DNA from: a virus
IMG/VR virus record: IMGVR_UViG_3300007541_000016
Coordinates: 23,159 to 87,158 of that record
Length of the DNA: 64,000 bases
Reading direction: 5' to 3' (one strand)
Shown: in pieces, positions 20,646-33,976 of the stretch
Position numbering within the stretch: position 1 is the stretch's first letter
Layout of the letters: each line of letters starts with the position of its first letter
The notes under the pieces: model-generated
The model's input: only the letters and a program-made list of their open reading frames with translations
Told to the model about the DNA's origin: nothing
Databases searched by the model: none
Program-made: the position numbers and the translations under genes

Positions 20646-23600
20646 ATGAAAAGTTATATTTTAACATTAGCAAACCTCCATTTCACTAAGAATGGTAAAG
20701 TTTGGACATCTGAGCCTATTGACCTATACGATAACTCTAGCTACGTAAATTACTCTACACTTAGATCAAGGTATGGCTTAAACACCATAGGCGACCGGAA
20801 CTTATGTTGGCAACGAAGAAAAGCAAGCCACTCCGTCTTTAGCTAACTCAGTACTCATAACCGAGTCTGGTGAAGTTATAGATGACAAAAATTTTATACT
20901 AGAGTATATATATCCAGAAGGGGAACAAAGTGGAGATTTCATAATCTACACTTTAGAAGTTGGTCCAGATGGATATTTTATCCTTACTCCAGAAAATAAA
21001 ACAACTCCACTATTAAGATTCGTAGACACATCGTCCAGGGTAGATCTAGTATCTTACAAGGGTTCATTCTTCAACGCTCCTTCAAGTCTTCCAATTGAAT
21101 ACACTCTGCAGGTCTATGAGTCCGATGACTTTTTAGAAACCGATAACCCACTTTGGGTGCCAAACGAGGTATCTGGATTAACCGAATATCTCTTTATTCA
21201 AAGGTCTAAAAGATTTGTCAAATTTGAAATAGAATTTTTTAGCGATTTACCAACAGAATACTTTAACTCAGATATTTACAGAATTATAAATCCTATTGGT
21301 CAAGATGAAAATGGGATGTATATTTATGAATTTGTTTCAGAAGATGCCGACAATTACTACTTTACGACAGATCTTCAAGAACTTACTCCCATAGAGTTTT
21401 TGCTACTTGTAGAAGTTCAGATCGCAGAATCTTCACCTCCAAATATAAATAACTCAACAAAAGATATACTAAGAAAATTTCCTTCATGGACAAAACTATA
21501 TGAAGATTCCTTAGAAGACGCAACCCCAGCTTTGGCTGTTCCAGAAAGTTTTGGTGGAAAATTTATCAATGCCCTAATTGGCGACAATCTAGATAAGATA
21601 GAATCGCTAATTGATTATTACAATTTATCAAAATCAATAACAGGGGCTAGTACAGAGCAAATAACGTGGATATATTCAACCAACAATTGTCCAGATTTAG
21701 TGACTTCAGTTGTTGGAGATAATGTTTCACTATCTAGAATAAATAGTTATTCCGATTTTATTTCTCATACAAATGAGGACTTTGTATACTATCATTCAAC
21801 TGGTGATGCAACAATCTTTACGCTAAGGCCGTTTCAAGAGTTGAGCATAAACGGATCAACGGTTAATTATATACAAAACGAAACACTTGTCTTCAATATG
21901 TTTGATGAGTTTGGAGCCAAAGTTGGCCTTTCAAGACTCAAGATGGAATCAAATGAAAATTACAAAAAAAGAATACTGGATGTTTACATCAATAAGCCAG
22001 GGCCAGATATCGATTCTTTCAAAAAAACAGTAAGAAGAGAGCTTGATTTGTGGAGAGCGTTTGGCGCAACTCCGGACTCGTATGCAGCAGGTGCTACTCC
22101 TATAGTTTTGGAAATGCAGGACATAACTGCTCAATCAAAATATTTTGACAATAATGGAAACCCAACAGAAGAATTTGTTAGATTCGTTAACACGTTAAAC
22201 AAAGAGTATCCAACAAACTGGGGATTCGTTCAATGGTCGGATCTTATATGGGACTACGCTGGAAGATATTCTGAAGGAATAAGCTATGTGCCATTTGTGT
22301 ACGACTTAGAATTTGTTGATCCAACTTCAAAATATTATCAGCCGGGTATAGGCGATTTATCTGATCTTAAAATTTCAATAAAATCAAATAATAAATATGA
22401 TCTTGAAACATATGATTTTGATGATAAGCAATATCATGAAGATGTATACGAAAAGCAGTTTAAGTTTAAGCTGTCAGGAATAGAAAAAACAACTGCTGAA
22501 GACACATATGCTCCAATTAATTTAGATATATCTTACTTTACTGAGTATGATATACCATACGTTGATGGGGATCCCGCCACTATTAATTATGTTGTCGAAG
22601 TTGACGTCAGTGGAAATACATACTATACGAACATAACAGACTATTATAAAAACAGATACACAAGCAATGCATTCGAAGAAAGTGGCATAAATTCAATAAT
22701 AGATCCGACCGATAATAGAACTAGATCAGATTTAATTTTTAAGAAAAAAACAAATGATGTTGAGTACGTAGATACTTCTGCAACTCCAAATGTTAATACA
22801 ATAAGACAGCAAGACATTTCCGATGCAAGAATAATATACGGCAGGTTTGCCTACTCATCTACAACTCCGCGATATATAATTTCCGGTCTCTCGGAGACTA
22901 ATCAAAGTTGGATTGCTGCCCAAGGGCAGTCAAGAATAAATTCTTCAAGCTTTGCAAACGGATCCTATGTAAATCCAAGTTCTCCATACTTTAGTATTAG
23001 CAGTCCAAACTATTCATCTTTCCAAGTATTATATGGATCAAACATGTACACGATTGCTCATCAATCTGCTAATACATCAACAAAGTTTAAAACAGTAACA
23101 CTGAAAAAGGATTTGTCTGTGGATGCAACTCCTCATTATTCAGAGAGTTTTAATAATTTTATTGATCATATTGTAACAACTGGCGGAGCTTCTACTCCAA
23201 AATATCTTCATATTGAAAACATTAAACCAGACTTTTCTTATATAGATCCAACATTTGCAACTCCAACTAACAATGGGGCCATAGGTTATGGTGGCTATGT
23301 TAATAGTCCGGAATATATAAGCGATCTATATATTCCAAACATATCTGTAAGAACAGATAATTCAGCTGGAATAATGTTTGCAACTCCAAGTTATGATATT
23401 TCAAACATGTCATCTACGCCGAATCAAATTGCTTTCTACTGGGACCCAAACTTTTCTCAACTGGAAAATCAATACACATTGGAAGGTATCGCCCAAAGAA
23501 ATTATCCATTAAGCCTTGGTGACTGGTCGTATTTTGAGGTTGAATCTTCTACTCCAATTAATTTCAAAGTATCAAACAGGGGAGTAATTATATCCTCAGA

Positions 23601-25533
23601 CGATTATAATACTTCCAAAATTCTATCTAATATAATTTTAACAAAAGATGTTCATAGATATGAATTTGGTTTAGATTTAAATAATCCTTCAAACTATATT
23701 ATCAACTACATTGAAGCAGTTAAGGTAAATGAACAAGATGATTCTTTTGATGTATATACGGAAAAAAGATCTGTTAAACCTTATTACTCTATAAGTCAAG
23801 ACTCTCTGGGTCCAATACAAAACGTAACATACCTACCGTCATCTTATTACGAAGAAAAAAATCAAGGTGAGTATAACGACCTATATCTAGAGGACGTAAC
23901 TGTTAGAGTAAGGCTAAACGAAAACGCAAATAAAACTATACAATCTGAAATCCATTCTGGCTGGTACTATGCCAATCAAGATGAAACCTACGTTTATGCA
24001 AGGCCAGTTACAGAGTTTCATTCAATAGACAATACGCAGTCTACTCCATCAATTACATTAGGAAAAGTCGTTAGACAGGGTGCTCCAGTAATAATAGAAT
24101 CAATGAGTTCTCCTGATTTTGAATTGTCTCAAGTATCATTTCCAGATAAAGACGACAATACAAAAATTTCATTTATAAACGTAGAATATATAACCGCAAC
24201 AAGTTCCAATGCAATCTATCTTGGATATAGCAATGTTCACGATTTGAGCATATATGATCCAGTTGCGGATAACTTAATAGTTCAAGACGCAGAATCATCA
24301 ACAAACATTGTAAACATATATACGATTGAATCACTGCCAAGCTCTGATCCATTTGAGGTGGGCAGAGAATACAAGGTTACATACAAGGTTAGAAATTCCT
24401 ATTACGTAGATAGTGATAATAAAAATTCATCTGGATTGTACTCCAATATTGTTTTCAACGGAGCACCAACAAACGGTGCAACCCAATTTTATGTGACCTA
24501 TGAATCAAGCATTTTTGAAAACTCAACTCCTACAGGATTAATACACTCCCCTTCTAGAACTCTTTTAAACGAAGGTTATGTGTACGTAGATGAGACTATC
24601 TATGATTATCAGGGTTTTACTGCGTCAACTAATTCTGGTTCGATTATGGACGATAATTCAAAAGACTACATGACAATAACAATAGAAAGCTTTGACGTCA
24701 ACAATAATCCTAAGCCATATCAAAAATACAGTTTAGAATCTTCTCTTTTAATTATTGACGATCCTGTTGTTGAAACAGACATTGATGGATTTGCTAAAAC
24801 AAAAGCAAGATATGATGGCCCAGTACCGTCTACATACAATTCTGGAACGCTTTATATTTCTGGGATTGTAGATGGATATAGCGAAGCTAGTGATCAAGCT
24901 ACAGTTAACTACGATATTATTAAATCAGAAGAATACAACAACGCCCTATACGCCGAGCCTTCTAAAAACTTTATTGAAGCAGATGGGGTTAGCACCTTGT
25001 ACGTTAATGGGCAGATAACCTCAAAGACTCAAAGCGTATCAAATGTATATGTTTACTATAGAAGGGCCAGAACTGTCAACGAAATATTCGAAGAGACTAC
25101 ATACGATTCAGTTTTGACTAATTCAGATGGATCGTTTAAAATAGGCCCAATAACCGCTCAGTCAATAGAAAACGCTGGGTACTGGTTTATGGCCATAGAA
25201 ACCGCCTACAGTTCATCTATATCGTCTTCTCCCGTTACTATATCTGGAGATATCGTAAGTTGGTTTGAAGATTCAAACGACGCAATTTTAAATGGATTAG
25301 ATAGAAGACTGCCGGTTCAAGACACGTACGAAGCAGATGAATTTGTTGAATTTAAAGCAACTCCAGCTTTTAAAGTTAATTATATAACCGGAAATCCAGA
25401 AACGGCGACAGCTACGCCAAATATATCGCTACCTAAATGGTTTAGAATACCAAGGTATACTCAGTATCAACTAGGTATTTTGGGCAGTGATTACTATTAC
25501 GTAAACAATAATAAGTCATTTTATCCTGGTTAA
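20646..25533 (+). CDS. large virion structural protein, 1628 aa after a +1 shift at 20796
   Basis: The 66-aa ORF joins the 21157 ORF via GAC-C-GGA; 120 stop-free codons fill the gap. Beta-rich C-terminus and dispersed [AS]TP motifs. Confidence 0.65.
20796..20799 (+). other. CGGA +1 recoding site 5
   Basis: GAC-C-GGA-ACT. Confidence 0.75.
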
Positions 25534-25535
25534 GG

Positions 25536-25551
25536 TATAATAAATATTATG
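25536..25551 (+). promoter_or_regulatory. -10 box 7 nt before ATG (possible leaderless transcript)
   Basis: TATAAT-AAATATT-ATG. Confidence 0.4.
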
Positions 25552-28500
25552 AAAAAATTTGAAAATAGCATAGAAAATTCTAGAGAAAATAAGATCAAAA
25601 AAGGACGCGCCCTTCCTGCTGGTTCGGTCAATTTGCGGATATTATTCGATAGACGATCTTTCTCCAGTTAACGCTCTTGCTGTAGTCGATACTTCTGTTT
25701 CTATACCAGAAAATTATATTCAAAATAATAACGAACAAGTATCTCTAATAGCTAACGAACTTGGAATGCTAGAGGATGCATTAACTGGAAACAATAGATT
25801 TTCTTCAGAAGATATTTATGTGTCCAATTATATGAACAGTAGGCAGAACACCACAGATTACGTTGACGTTATCGCTGTTAACCAAGCAGATACTGGGTCA
25901 AATTCTAGAATTGATTATTTGTATTCTTATTATGTAAGTAGATATTTTACTGTCCAAGAAAACGTTAAGGGCACGTCCGTTTCCAGGTTTGATTATGCAG
26001 GAAAAACTATATATGATTTAATAAAGACTTCTGATATTCAAGAAATTATCATGAAAGATAATTTAATTGACATAAATGACATATATATAACCAATCAAGA
26101 CGGCGCTCTGTATGTTGATTCTACGGGAAGAAAAAAGTATAGAATTATTCTTGAAAAATATACTGATAAATTTGTTTCAAGCATAGAAACCCTCTGCAAG
26201 ATCATAGTTCTTTTAGAGGATCCTAATCCAACCGGCTTGGTTCTTAACTACAACAAAATAGAATTAACCACTGACGGATTCTTAGTAAATGGAATTTCAA
26301 ACTTTAAAGAAACCATTAATGCAGTCAGCTTATTTAATAGAGAATCAGAAGAGTCTCTAGTTGTCGACTATAGCTCAAAACATGACAGAACATACGCTGT
26401 AAAAAGTTCAGAAAAAATAGAAGATATGTTTTCTATTGGTGGCTCATTTGATTCTAGGGGATATAATTTTTATGTTAACAAAAAAGCAATTCCAGACAAC
26501 AGAAATTACGAAGTATTTAACTGGAGACTGATAGGTAAAATTAATAGATCATTTAACTACGCCAACAGAATAGATGGCGGAACAAATGGAAGCGGTGGAA
26601 TTGTAAACGTTGGAGTAATAAAAGCAAATACAAAAGAAAATTATTTAGATCATTATAAGATATTTAAAAAATTAGATGTAGAAAACAACCCAATAAATAT
26701 CTATAACTACAGGTTTGAAAACCCTCAGTCAAAAGCTGATGGCCTACAAAAAGATGACAGCAATTACTGGATTGCGGATCTAGAGACAATTAGTCATGAT
26801 CAGATTAAGAAGTTCGACTTTCTTGTTCTGGTTGTAAATTCAAACACTGACATATATTCAATTATTCCAAAAATAAAATCTTTTACAGATAATGGCGGAT
26901 GCCTCTTTGTAGAGGTAGAAGGAGCAGTTAGCGATTCGGTAAAAAGCATTTTGCCAGCTCCAGTTGGAACACTGATAAGTGGGGCAGCAACTTCTATTAC
27001 ATACAATAGAACATCAGAAAATGAGTATTCTGATTTAAATCTTTTTTCAAAAAACCAAACATGGGATATTCAAAGTAGTGTTTTTGATACTGGTTATGGG
27101 GCTTACGGTAAAGTAGCTGAAAATATAACAGCTTTTGATTCTGGTCTATCAACTTATCAAACCTTAAGTACAAATGTTGGACCAGTGTTTCTGCAGTTTA
27201 GGGCAAACGTTATAGACAGCGGATCTGTATCGTGCGGAAACATACTTATGAATACCGTTTCTATAAACAAAAAAGCTGGAGCGGACTATCTTCCAAATAC
27301 GCAAACAGTAACTGGAACAACAAACTCTAGACAAATAATAGTCACATCAGACGCAGAAGGTCCTTTAAAGTATTTCTATAATTCATTGTTAGTTGGTTTA
27401 ATATCAAAATATTATACTACCAGCAATAGTTCTAACTCATTCTCTTCGACACTACTAACTCCAGTTTTGTTTCATGCAACAAAATGGTATACATCATGGG
27501 CATTGAACGGGCCTACTACAGATGATAATTATTCTTATAATGATATTCTAATCAAAAATGACATCATAGACGAATACGCAGAGTATGGATTTACAAAAGA
27601 ACAAAATGGAGATTTGTATAGAAAGCTTAGTGATAGAACAGTCAAAGAATTATTTATACAAGATTTTTCGGCAAGTGTTCCAAATGACTATGGTCAATTC
27701 TATAACAGCAATGATTCAATTACCTACTATATTGAGTTCACTAATTCAACTATAATTCCAAAGAATGGAACATACCTACCAAATTCAATTACTAGCGGAA
27801 TAACAACTCCTTACAGAACATTTGAATTATCAAGTAGTCAAGCTGAGCAAACTCAATACGTAAAAACCACTACAATTTCAAGGCCATTAAACGTTCCTAG
27901 CAATTTTGGTTTGTTCTATATTAAAGATAGATTTAGAGATATAACAAACATAAGAAACAATCAACCAAATATAGTTAATGATAATCCCTATTTTTATAGT
28001 TATGATTTTAAAACAAGTTGGAAGAAAGTAGTTAGTCAAGAATCTTCTTTGTCGTTTGATCTATCTTTTGATGTAGGTTTTACTATTCAAATACCAATAA
28101 CCATACAACAATGGGAACAAAAATATGAACAAATTGGATGGAAACCCGCTGACACATCTGGACCAATAGATGAAAAGCTGGCTTTTATTTCTGGAAGTTA
28201 TGATTCATCAGGTGCCTCAACCACAAATACGCCACTTTCAAAAATTGGAAAAAATATAACAAATAAATATTTCTGTAGAGAAGACTTTATTGATTATTCA
28301 ACAATACATAATCCGAATGTAGCAGATAGATCACTTAACCATTATCCCTACACTGGCGATATTGACCTAGGTAATTCTCCCAAGCAATATTCCGTTGGAC
28401 CAAGATCAGGAGATCTAGACAGCGGAACATATGTCCACTATATACAGTGGACGTTGAAGAAGGATGGATACAATGTATCTACTGACGGTAAGTTGGGACC

Positions 28501-31343
28501 TCAGACAGGTGGCGCATTAACTTCTTTCCAAAGAAAATATGGTTTAGCAACAGTCGATCAGCAAATAGACTCGGAAACAAAAAGCGCCATGGCTTATTTT
28601 TGGGGAACCAAAAAACAAAAGAAACAATTGGCTGGAATTAAAAAAGAAATAACAACGTACTATGCTGGAATTAACAAAACATCCATAGGAAATAAGGTTA
28701 TCGAATACATTGATGCAGCGATAGCCAATGCGGATCCAGTTTATGTTACGGAAAGTGGATCTATAAAAAGAATCTCCTATACCGGTTCGACAAAAACTCC
28801 TGGAACAATAGTTTCAAATGTCTTTATTTCTTTGCCAGATGGCCTAATAAATAGAGCTGAAAATGGAGACATCTTTAATGTAAAAATTAAAACTGGAGTA
28901 TGTGGATTGGTTGTGGAAGATGTTAAATTTTATAAAACAGAAACAAACGAATCTAATCTTTCAAGATTCCCACAACAAGGTGGTTTAGATAGACTGTCTG
29001 GAAGCAGTATAGACATACCAGCAAATACCGAACGAGAAATAACAGTTGATTTCACTTCAAATCCTTCAAGTCCGTATAAGTTTTTGTTCCTTAAGTTAAG
29101 AGGTAAAAAGCTACCATCAAATTACGGTACTGGTCAAGGAATTTTTGTTGACTATATAACAGTTAACTACACGCCAGATCCCGGCGCTCAAGAACCTGAT
29201 TACGGTTGGAAAACATATGAGAAAGGATCACTAGATGTAACTGGTTATTTGGACGTAGTATCAACTGTACAATCGAATAATCTTACCATAGCGAATACGC
29301 CAAAACAACAAAAAATAACAAGTACTACATACCATTCTCTTCCAATGACTGTTGAAGATTTTTATTACGTAGACCAGAATGGGGCTAGAAACACCTTTAG
29401 TTATTCTTCGGGATCAAATCAAATCACTCCCGGTACCACTCTTAATTTAAATTCAGTTTTTGATTTGAAGATTGATACTGGATCAAACGAGTGGGGTACA
29501 ATGACATTGAATTTCGACAAGTCTTCAGTGGCAAAATCTTCCTCTGTTTCAATTTCCAATAAAAAAGTTGCAATATCAGGACAGTCTTTAAGCGCTCAAA
29601 GCGCCTACATAGATTACATTGATTTGGCCAGCTCCTCAAAGGAGTTAACTGGAGCAAGTGAATTTGAAGTTACGTATGATGTTAATGTTAATTCAATATC
29701 AAGTGATATTATATACGGAGGAGAAACCACGGTTGGACAACATAGGCACCTCTACGCTTCATACTTAGAAAAAGACCAACCTAAAACAAGTAGAGTAAGT
29801 CCAATTGAAAAAAATTCTGTAGATTACCTATCTGGCATAGTCTGCCTATGTGACTCAGAAGGTAATCCAGTTGGAAAACCAAACTTTCAGTTGGCGTCGA
29901 ACAGCAATGATTCGGTGTCAGTTAATATAACAAATATATACTTAGAAAAAAATTCTAACTTCTCCGAAGAAGGATTGGTGTATGGATTCTACGATCTATC
30001 TGCAAAGAAGTTTTTAGGAAAAAACATATCATACTCTGAATACATAGAAAGAAATGGCGATAACAATATCTATATTGCCGTATTAGCAACCGATTATGAT
30101 GGAAATGTTCTTTCGGATGATCTTGACTTTACAGGATTTTCTACAATTCCAGTTTCTATAGCTAGAGTGCCGAACAGGGTTATATGTCCAATATACAGTG
30201 TCAAATTTAAAAACAAAGCTTCCATTGAAGTCTTTAAGCCGCAAAACTTCCTAGATAAAAAAACACCATGGTACGTTGGAGTAAGCTCTGGTTCCTTTGT
30301 TAGGTCTTTAAACGTAGATGTTAAAAATATATACAATCAAGACATATCTTGGTTAAAGAAATATGCAACTGGGCAATCTTCAAAAGTAGAACTAAAAGCA
30401 TACTATGATACAGAAAATTACGGTTCTTCTGGATGGTCAAAGATATTGCGGATCACCATATTCTGATGTATACGAGGAAAAACCAATCCTAATTGACGCA
30501 AGAACAATTAGAGTTAGACAAACTCCAGTAGCAGCAATACATGAGCCATCACATAATATTGAATATTTTGGTTCTCCAATAAAGCCATTTATGTTCGTAT
30601 ATACTAGGTCATCATTAAGTGACCCATGGACGTTAGTGGGGTACGATCAGTATTCATCATTTGACTGCAATACCGGACTCGTACAATTTAAGAGCCAGAT
30701 TGTTCCATCAAATAATAATTTAATTAAAGTTAACTATTCAGTATACTCTGCGTATAGACCAATTAAAATAATTGATGAGAATTCAATGAACCTAAATCCT
30801 TTCCTTGAAAGAGAAAATATTAAATTTAATAAACCAATGTTCTTTTACTTGGAGCCAAGAAGTGTTCAGATAGTAAATCAATACGATAAACAGTTGGCCT
30901 ATGATGAAATTTTTGAAAAGGAAGAAACCCTTAAGTATACTGAAGATTCAAGAATCTTTGATCCATCTCATCCAAACTATAATCCTTTGGCGCTTTTGCT
31001 CACTACTATATACGTAGTAGATAACGATATACTGCAAACTTTTAAATTTAATGACCTAAGACTTAAAGGTGGAGGAGTATCGTATAACTACGACTCCGTA
31101 AACATCTTTAAAGACATGCCAAATGCCAGGTCTTTCTGGGACATGTCGGGTCCAGACGGCTTCGCCTACGCAAATGGCGGTTATGCAATAGTAAGACTTC
31201 CAAGATCATTAAAGGATTATGTAAGTAATGATAAAATTTACGAGGTCATTTCAAGTGCTATGACCGCTGGCGTTGTTTTTGAGATAGAAGATTATGATGG
31301 AGTACCTTGGAATGCAGACACAACTACGCAAACAACTGAATAG
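25549..31343 (+). CDS. large virion protein with peptidoglycan-binding domain, 1930 aa after two +1 shifts (25636, 30449)
   Basis: ATG at 25549; TTG-C-GGA at both sites joins it to ORFs 25766 and 30405. PG_binding_1-like YIQWTLKKDGYNVSTDGKLGPQTGGALTSFQRKYGL. Confidence 0.65.
25636..25639 (+). other. CGGA +1 recoding site 6
   Basis: TTG-C-GGA-TAT. Confidence 0.75.
30449..30452 (+). other. CGGA +1 recoding site 7
   Basis: TTG-C-GGA-TCA. Confidence 0.7.
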
Positions 31344-31352
31344 GATATATAT

Positions 31353-33974
31353 ATGAAAAGTTCATTACCAGCATATGTTCAAACTTATTCTTTTGGTTCT
31401 AGAAAAGCGGTTTCTGATCTTATTGTTTTAGCAAAGAATAATTCAAGAAGCGCTGCCAGCATAGCTCAGTCTCTTGAGGGTCTATCCTCAATAAATCAAT
31501 ACAATGGACTCAGTATTTCGCCATACGCTCTTGCCTCATTTGAGGCATTCCTAGATTTCTTTAGAGATATAAACCTAAAGACAATAGCCTACTACGATGC
31601 GATGAATCAAGTAAGCACAGCTATAAATAGCTACTCTAGCGTACTTAATTCAGAACTAGCAAAACTAGAAAAAGATATAAATCAACTTCAAATTTTTATA
31701 AATAATTACTCTTTCCTCTCTGGCGAAGACGATCTTTATAATGGATCATTTGTTGAAACATTTTCTGACGATTCAAATTCGTATCTTACTGAAAATTTTC
31801 AAAATAAACAATACGATAAAGACGCACTAGAATTTTCTCAAAATGAATTGGCGTCTGTTGATATAGTTTCTGGAACACTAAAATGTGGATCGAAATTTTC
31901 AAATATAAACGTTTACCCAAAAATTACCGAATATAAAAATAACTATACACAGTACATATCTTCATCTTCAGATATGTATAATCTATTTAATGAAGCTTCA
32001 AACAAAAGCTGGAATACAACTATAAAGTCTCCAACGATTATAAGTTCAAACATAGACGACCTATCTGACGTTGGCTATGATTACAGTTACTCTAAAGGAG
32101 CAACAGCATCTGTTAATTTTGTTTTTGAAAATCCCCAGACAATGAACTGTATGAGAATATCACCAAATTTGGGAACAGATTTTCAAATACTTCAAGTAAT
32201 TGTATACACTGCGATAAACCCAAACAATGCGGGAGCAACCGGATCTTCATCTTCTTCTGAGGCTAAAATATTACTGCTACAATCTCCGTTGCTAGTAGAG
32301 TCAGTAAAAGATATTTCTTTTGATGAGGTATTAGTAAGAAAAATAAAAATTATATTTAATCAACCAAGGTACAAAAAGATAGTTAACACTGCAAGTATTT
32401 TTGAAGAACAGTCAAAAATAATAGACTACTTTGTTTCTGAAACAAGAAAAAATAGAGCTCAAAAACACGATAGACTGCAAGATTTAGTTTATTCCTATTT
32501 TCTTAAGAGAAATGAAATAGCTTCACTATCTTCTAATCCAGACTACATTCCAAACTATTATTCTTATAGATACCCATGCGAGGAGACCAATCCAACACAA
32601 GGGTCAATATATGAGTTTCTTAGCTCCAAAAATACATTTAGTGAACTAAACGACAATACAAAGTTGAGAAACACAAATCAATTATCTAAAATAGTACAAT
32701 CAATGGTCTCCTATGTTCTTGGAGATAAATATAGAATGACTCCAAATTCATATGTAGCTTCCCAGCCAACTGGTTCGGCAACGAATATATCGTCAATCAA
32801 CTTTCTTGCATCTTCATCCGTTGGAAATATTCAATCGCCACATGGGACATCAAGGCAGGATATGGAAACATACTTTGATAGTGGCGACAGATTTGATTTA
32901 ATAAAAACATATTCAAACCTAGATAACGTTAACTACTATGAATATAATTTTTCTATTAAGTCAGTTAAGTTCGGTATAATAAGTCAAGCTTCTTCGCAGA
33001 GTTCTAATCTAAAATCGTTTTTTATATCTAAAATGATTGATACTGGTGGTTTTATAAATAAATTAAAAATTAAATCAAACTATTTTACACCAAAGAATTC
33101 TAACGAAAGCTTGGATTTAAAAGATGGCGCAGCGGTAGAATTTTCGCTTACCCTAAATGCCAATGCGTCAAATGATATTGATTGGATACCGATACTTCCA
33201 AACGGTGAACGCAATGTAAGTGCCGAGCTGCTGTTTCCACTAGATCAAACTGGATTAGTAAGGTTAAGATTTCCCGCATCTTTGGCCAGCTTAAATGTGT
33301 ATGAGCAAGGGAAGTTGATCGATGATACAAGAATCCTTACAGTAGATTCTCAAGTTATAACGTCTTTTAAAATATTAAATCATAACTCATCTTTTACGTA
33401 TGTAGCTAAGTATACTGTTGATTCTGGAACTAACCCAAATGAAATAGACTTCTCAAGACAGTCTATACAAAACTATACGCTAAGAAGCTATTCGTCATCG
33501 GACGGATTAGGAGAAAAGCTATCAACTATAGGCTCAGAAAATAGGATTAGATTAACATACAATCCGTATATAGATTACTCAAAATTTGTAAACCACATAT
33601 ACTCTCCTTCGGTTGGTACTATAGGAGCATCAGGAGTGTCAACGTACTCTCCTATTTCTATAGTTCTAGAAGATGGAACGCCAGCAATTAATTTAACAAA
33701 CTATCTACCAAATAAATTCGTTAAATATGAGCTTCCATTAAACAGCGATACTGAAACATATTTTATTCAAAATGGAAACAGTATTACATTTAGTAAAAAA
33801 GCCAGTAATTTTAGAGTATACTATAATTATATTCCAGAGTCTTTAAGGTATAGAATTATAATAAGAAACCTAGATTCGTCTAAGCAAACCAGTGCCTATG
33901 TAGATGATTTTGTGTTAAAATATCAACAAAACAATTCAGACAACTTTACAAACAAGCTATTGAAAGTGATTTAA
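31353..33974 (+). CDS. virion structural protein (N-terminal coiled coil, beta-rich body)
   Basis: 873-aa intact ORF with AGGA RBS in the structural cluster. Confidence 0.55.
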   Translation: MKSSLPAYVQTYSFGSRKAVSDLIVLAKNNSRSAASIAQSLEGLSSINQYNGLSISPYALASFEAFLDFFRDINLKTIAYYDAMNQVSTAINSYSSVLNSELAKLEKDINQLQIFINNYSFLSGEDDLYNGSFVETFSDDSNSYLTENFQNKQYDKDALEFSQNELASVDIVSGTLKCGSKFSNINVYPKITEYKNNYTQYISSSSDMYNLFNEASNKSWNTTIKSPTIISSNIDDLSDVGYDYSYSKGATASVNFVFENPQTMNCMRISPNLGTDFQILQVIVYTAINPNNAGATGSSSSSEAKILLLQSPLLVESVKDISFDEVLVRKIKIIFNQPRYKKIVNTASIFEEQSKIIDYFVSETRKNRAQKHDRLQDLVYSYFLKRNEIASLSSNPDYIPNYYSYRYPCEETNPTQGSIYEFLSSKNTFSELNDNTKLRNTNQLSKIVQSMVSYVLGDKYRMTPNSYVASQPTGSATNISSINFLASSSVGNIQSPHGTSRQDMETYFDSGDRFDLIKTYSNLDNVNYYEYNFSIKSVKFGIISQASSQSSNLKSFFISKMIDTGGFINKLKIKSNYFTPKNSNESLDLKDGAAVEFSLTLNANASNDIDWIPILPNGERNVSAELLFPLDQTGLVRLRFPASLASLNVYEQGKLIDDTRILTVDSQVITSFKILNHNSSFTYVAKYTVDSGTNPNEIDFSRQSIQNYTLRSYSSSDGLGEKLSTIGSENRIRLTYNPYIDYSKFVNHIYSPSVGTIGASGVSTYSPISIVLEDGTPAINLTNYLPNKFVKYELPLNSDTETYFIQNGNSITFSKKASNFRVYYNYIPESLRYRIIIRNLDSSKQTSAYVDDFVLKYQQNNSDNFTNKLLKVI

Positions 33975-33976
33975 AA

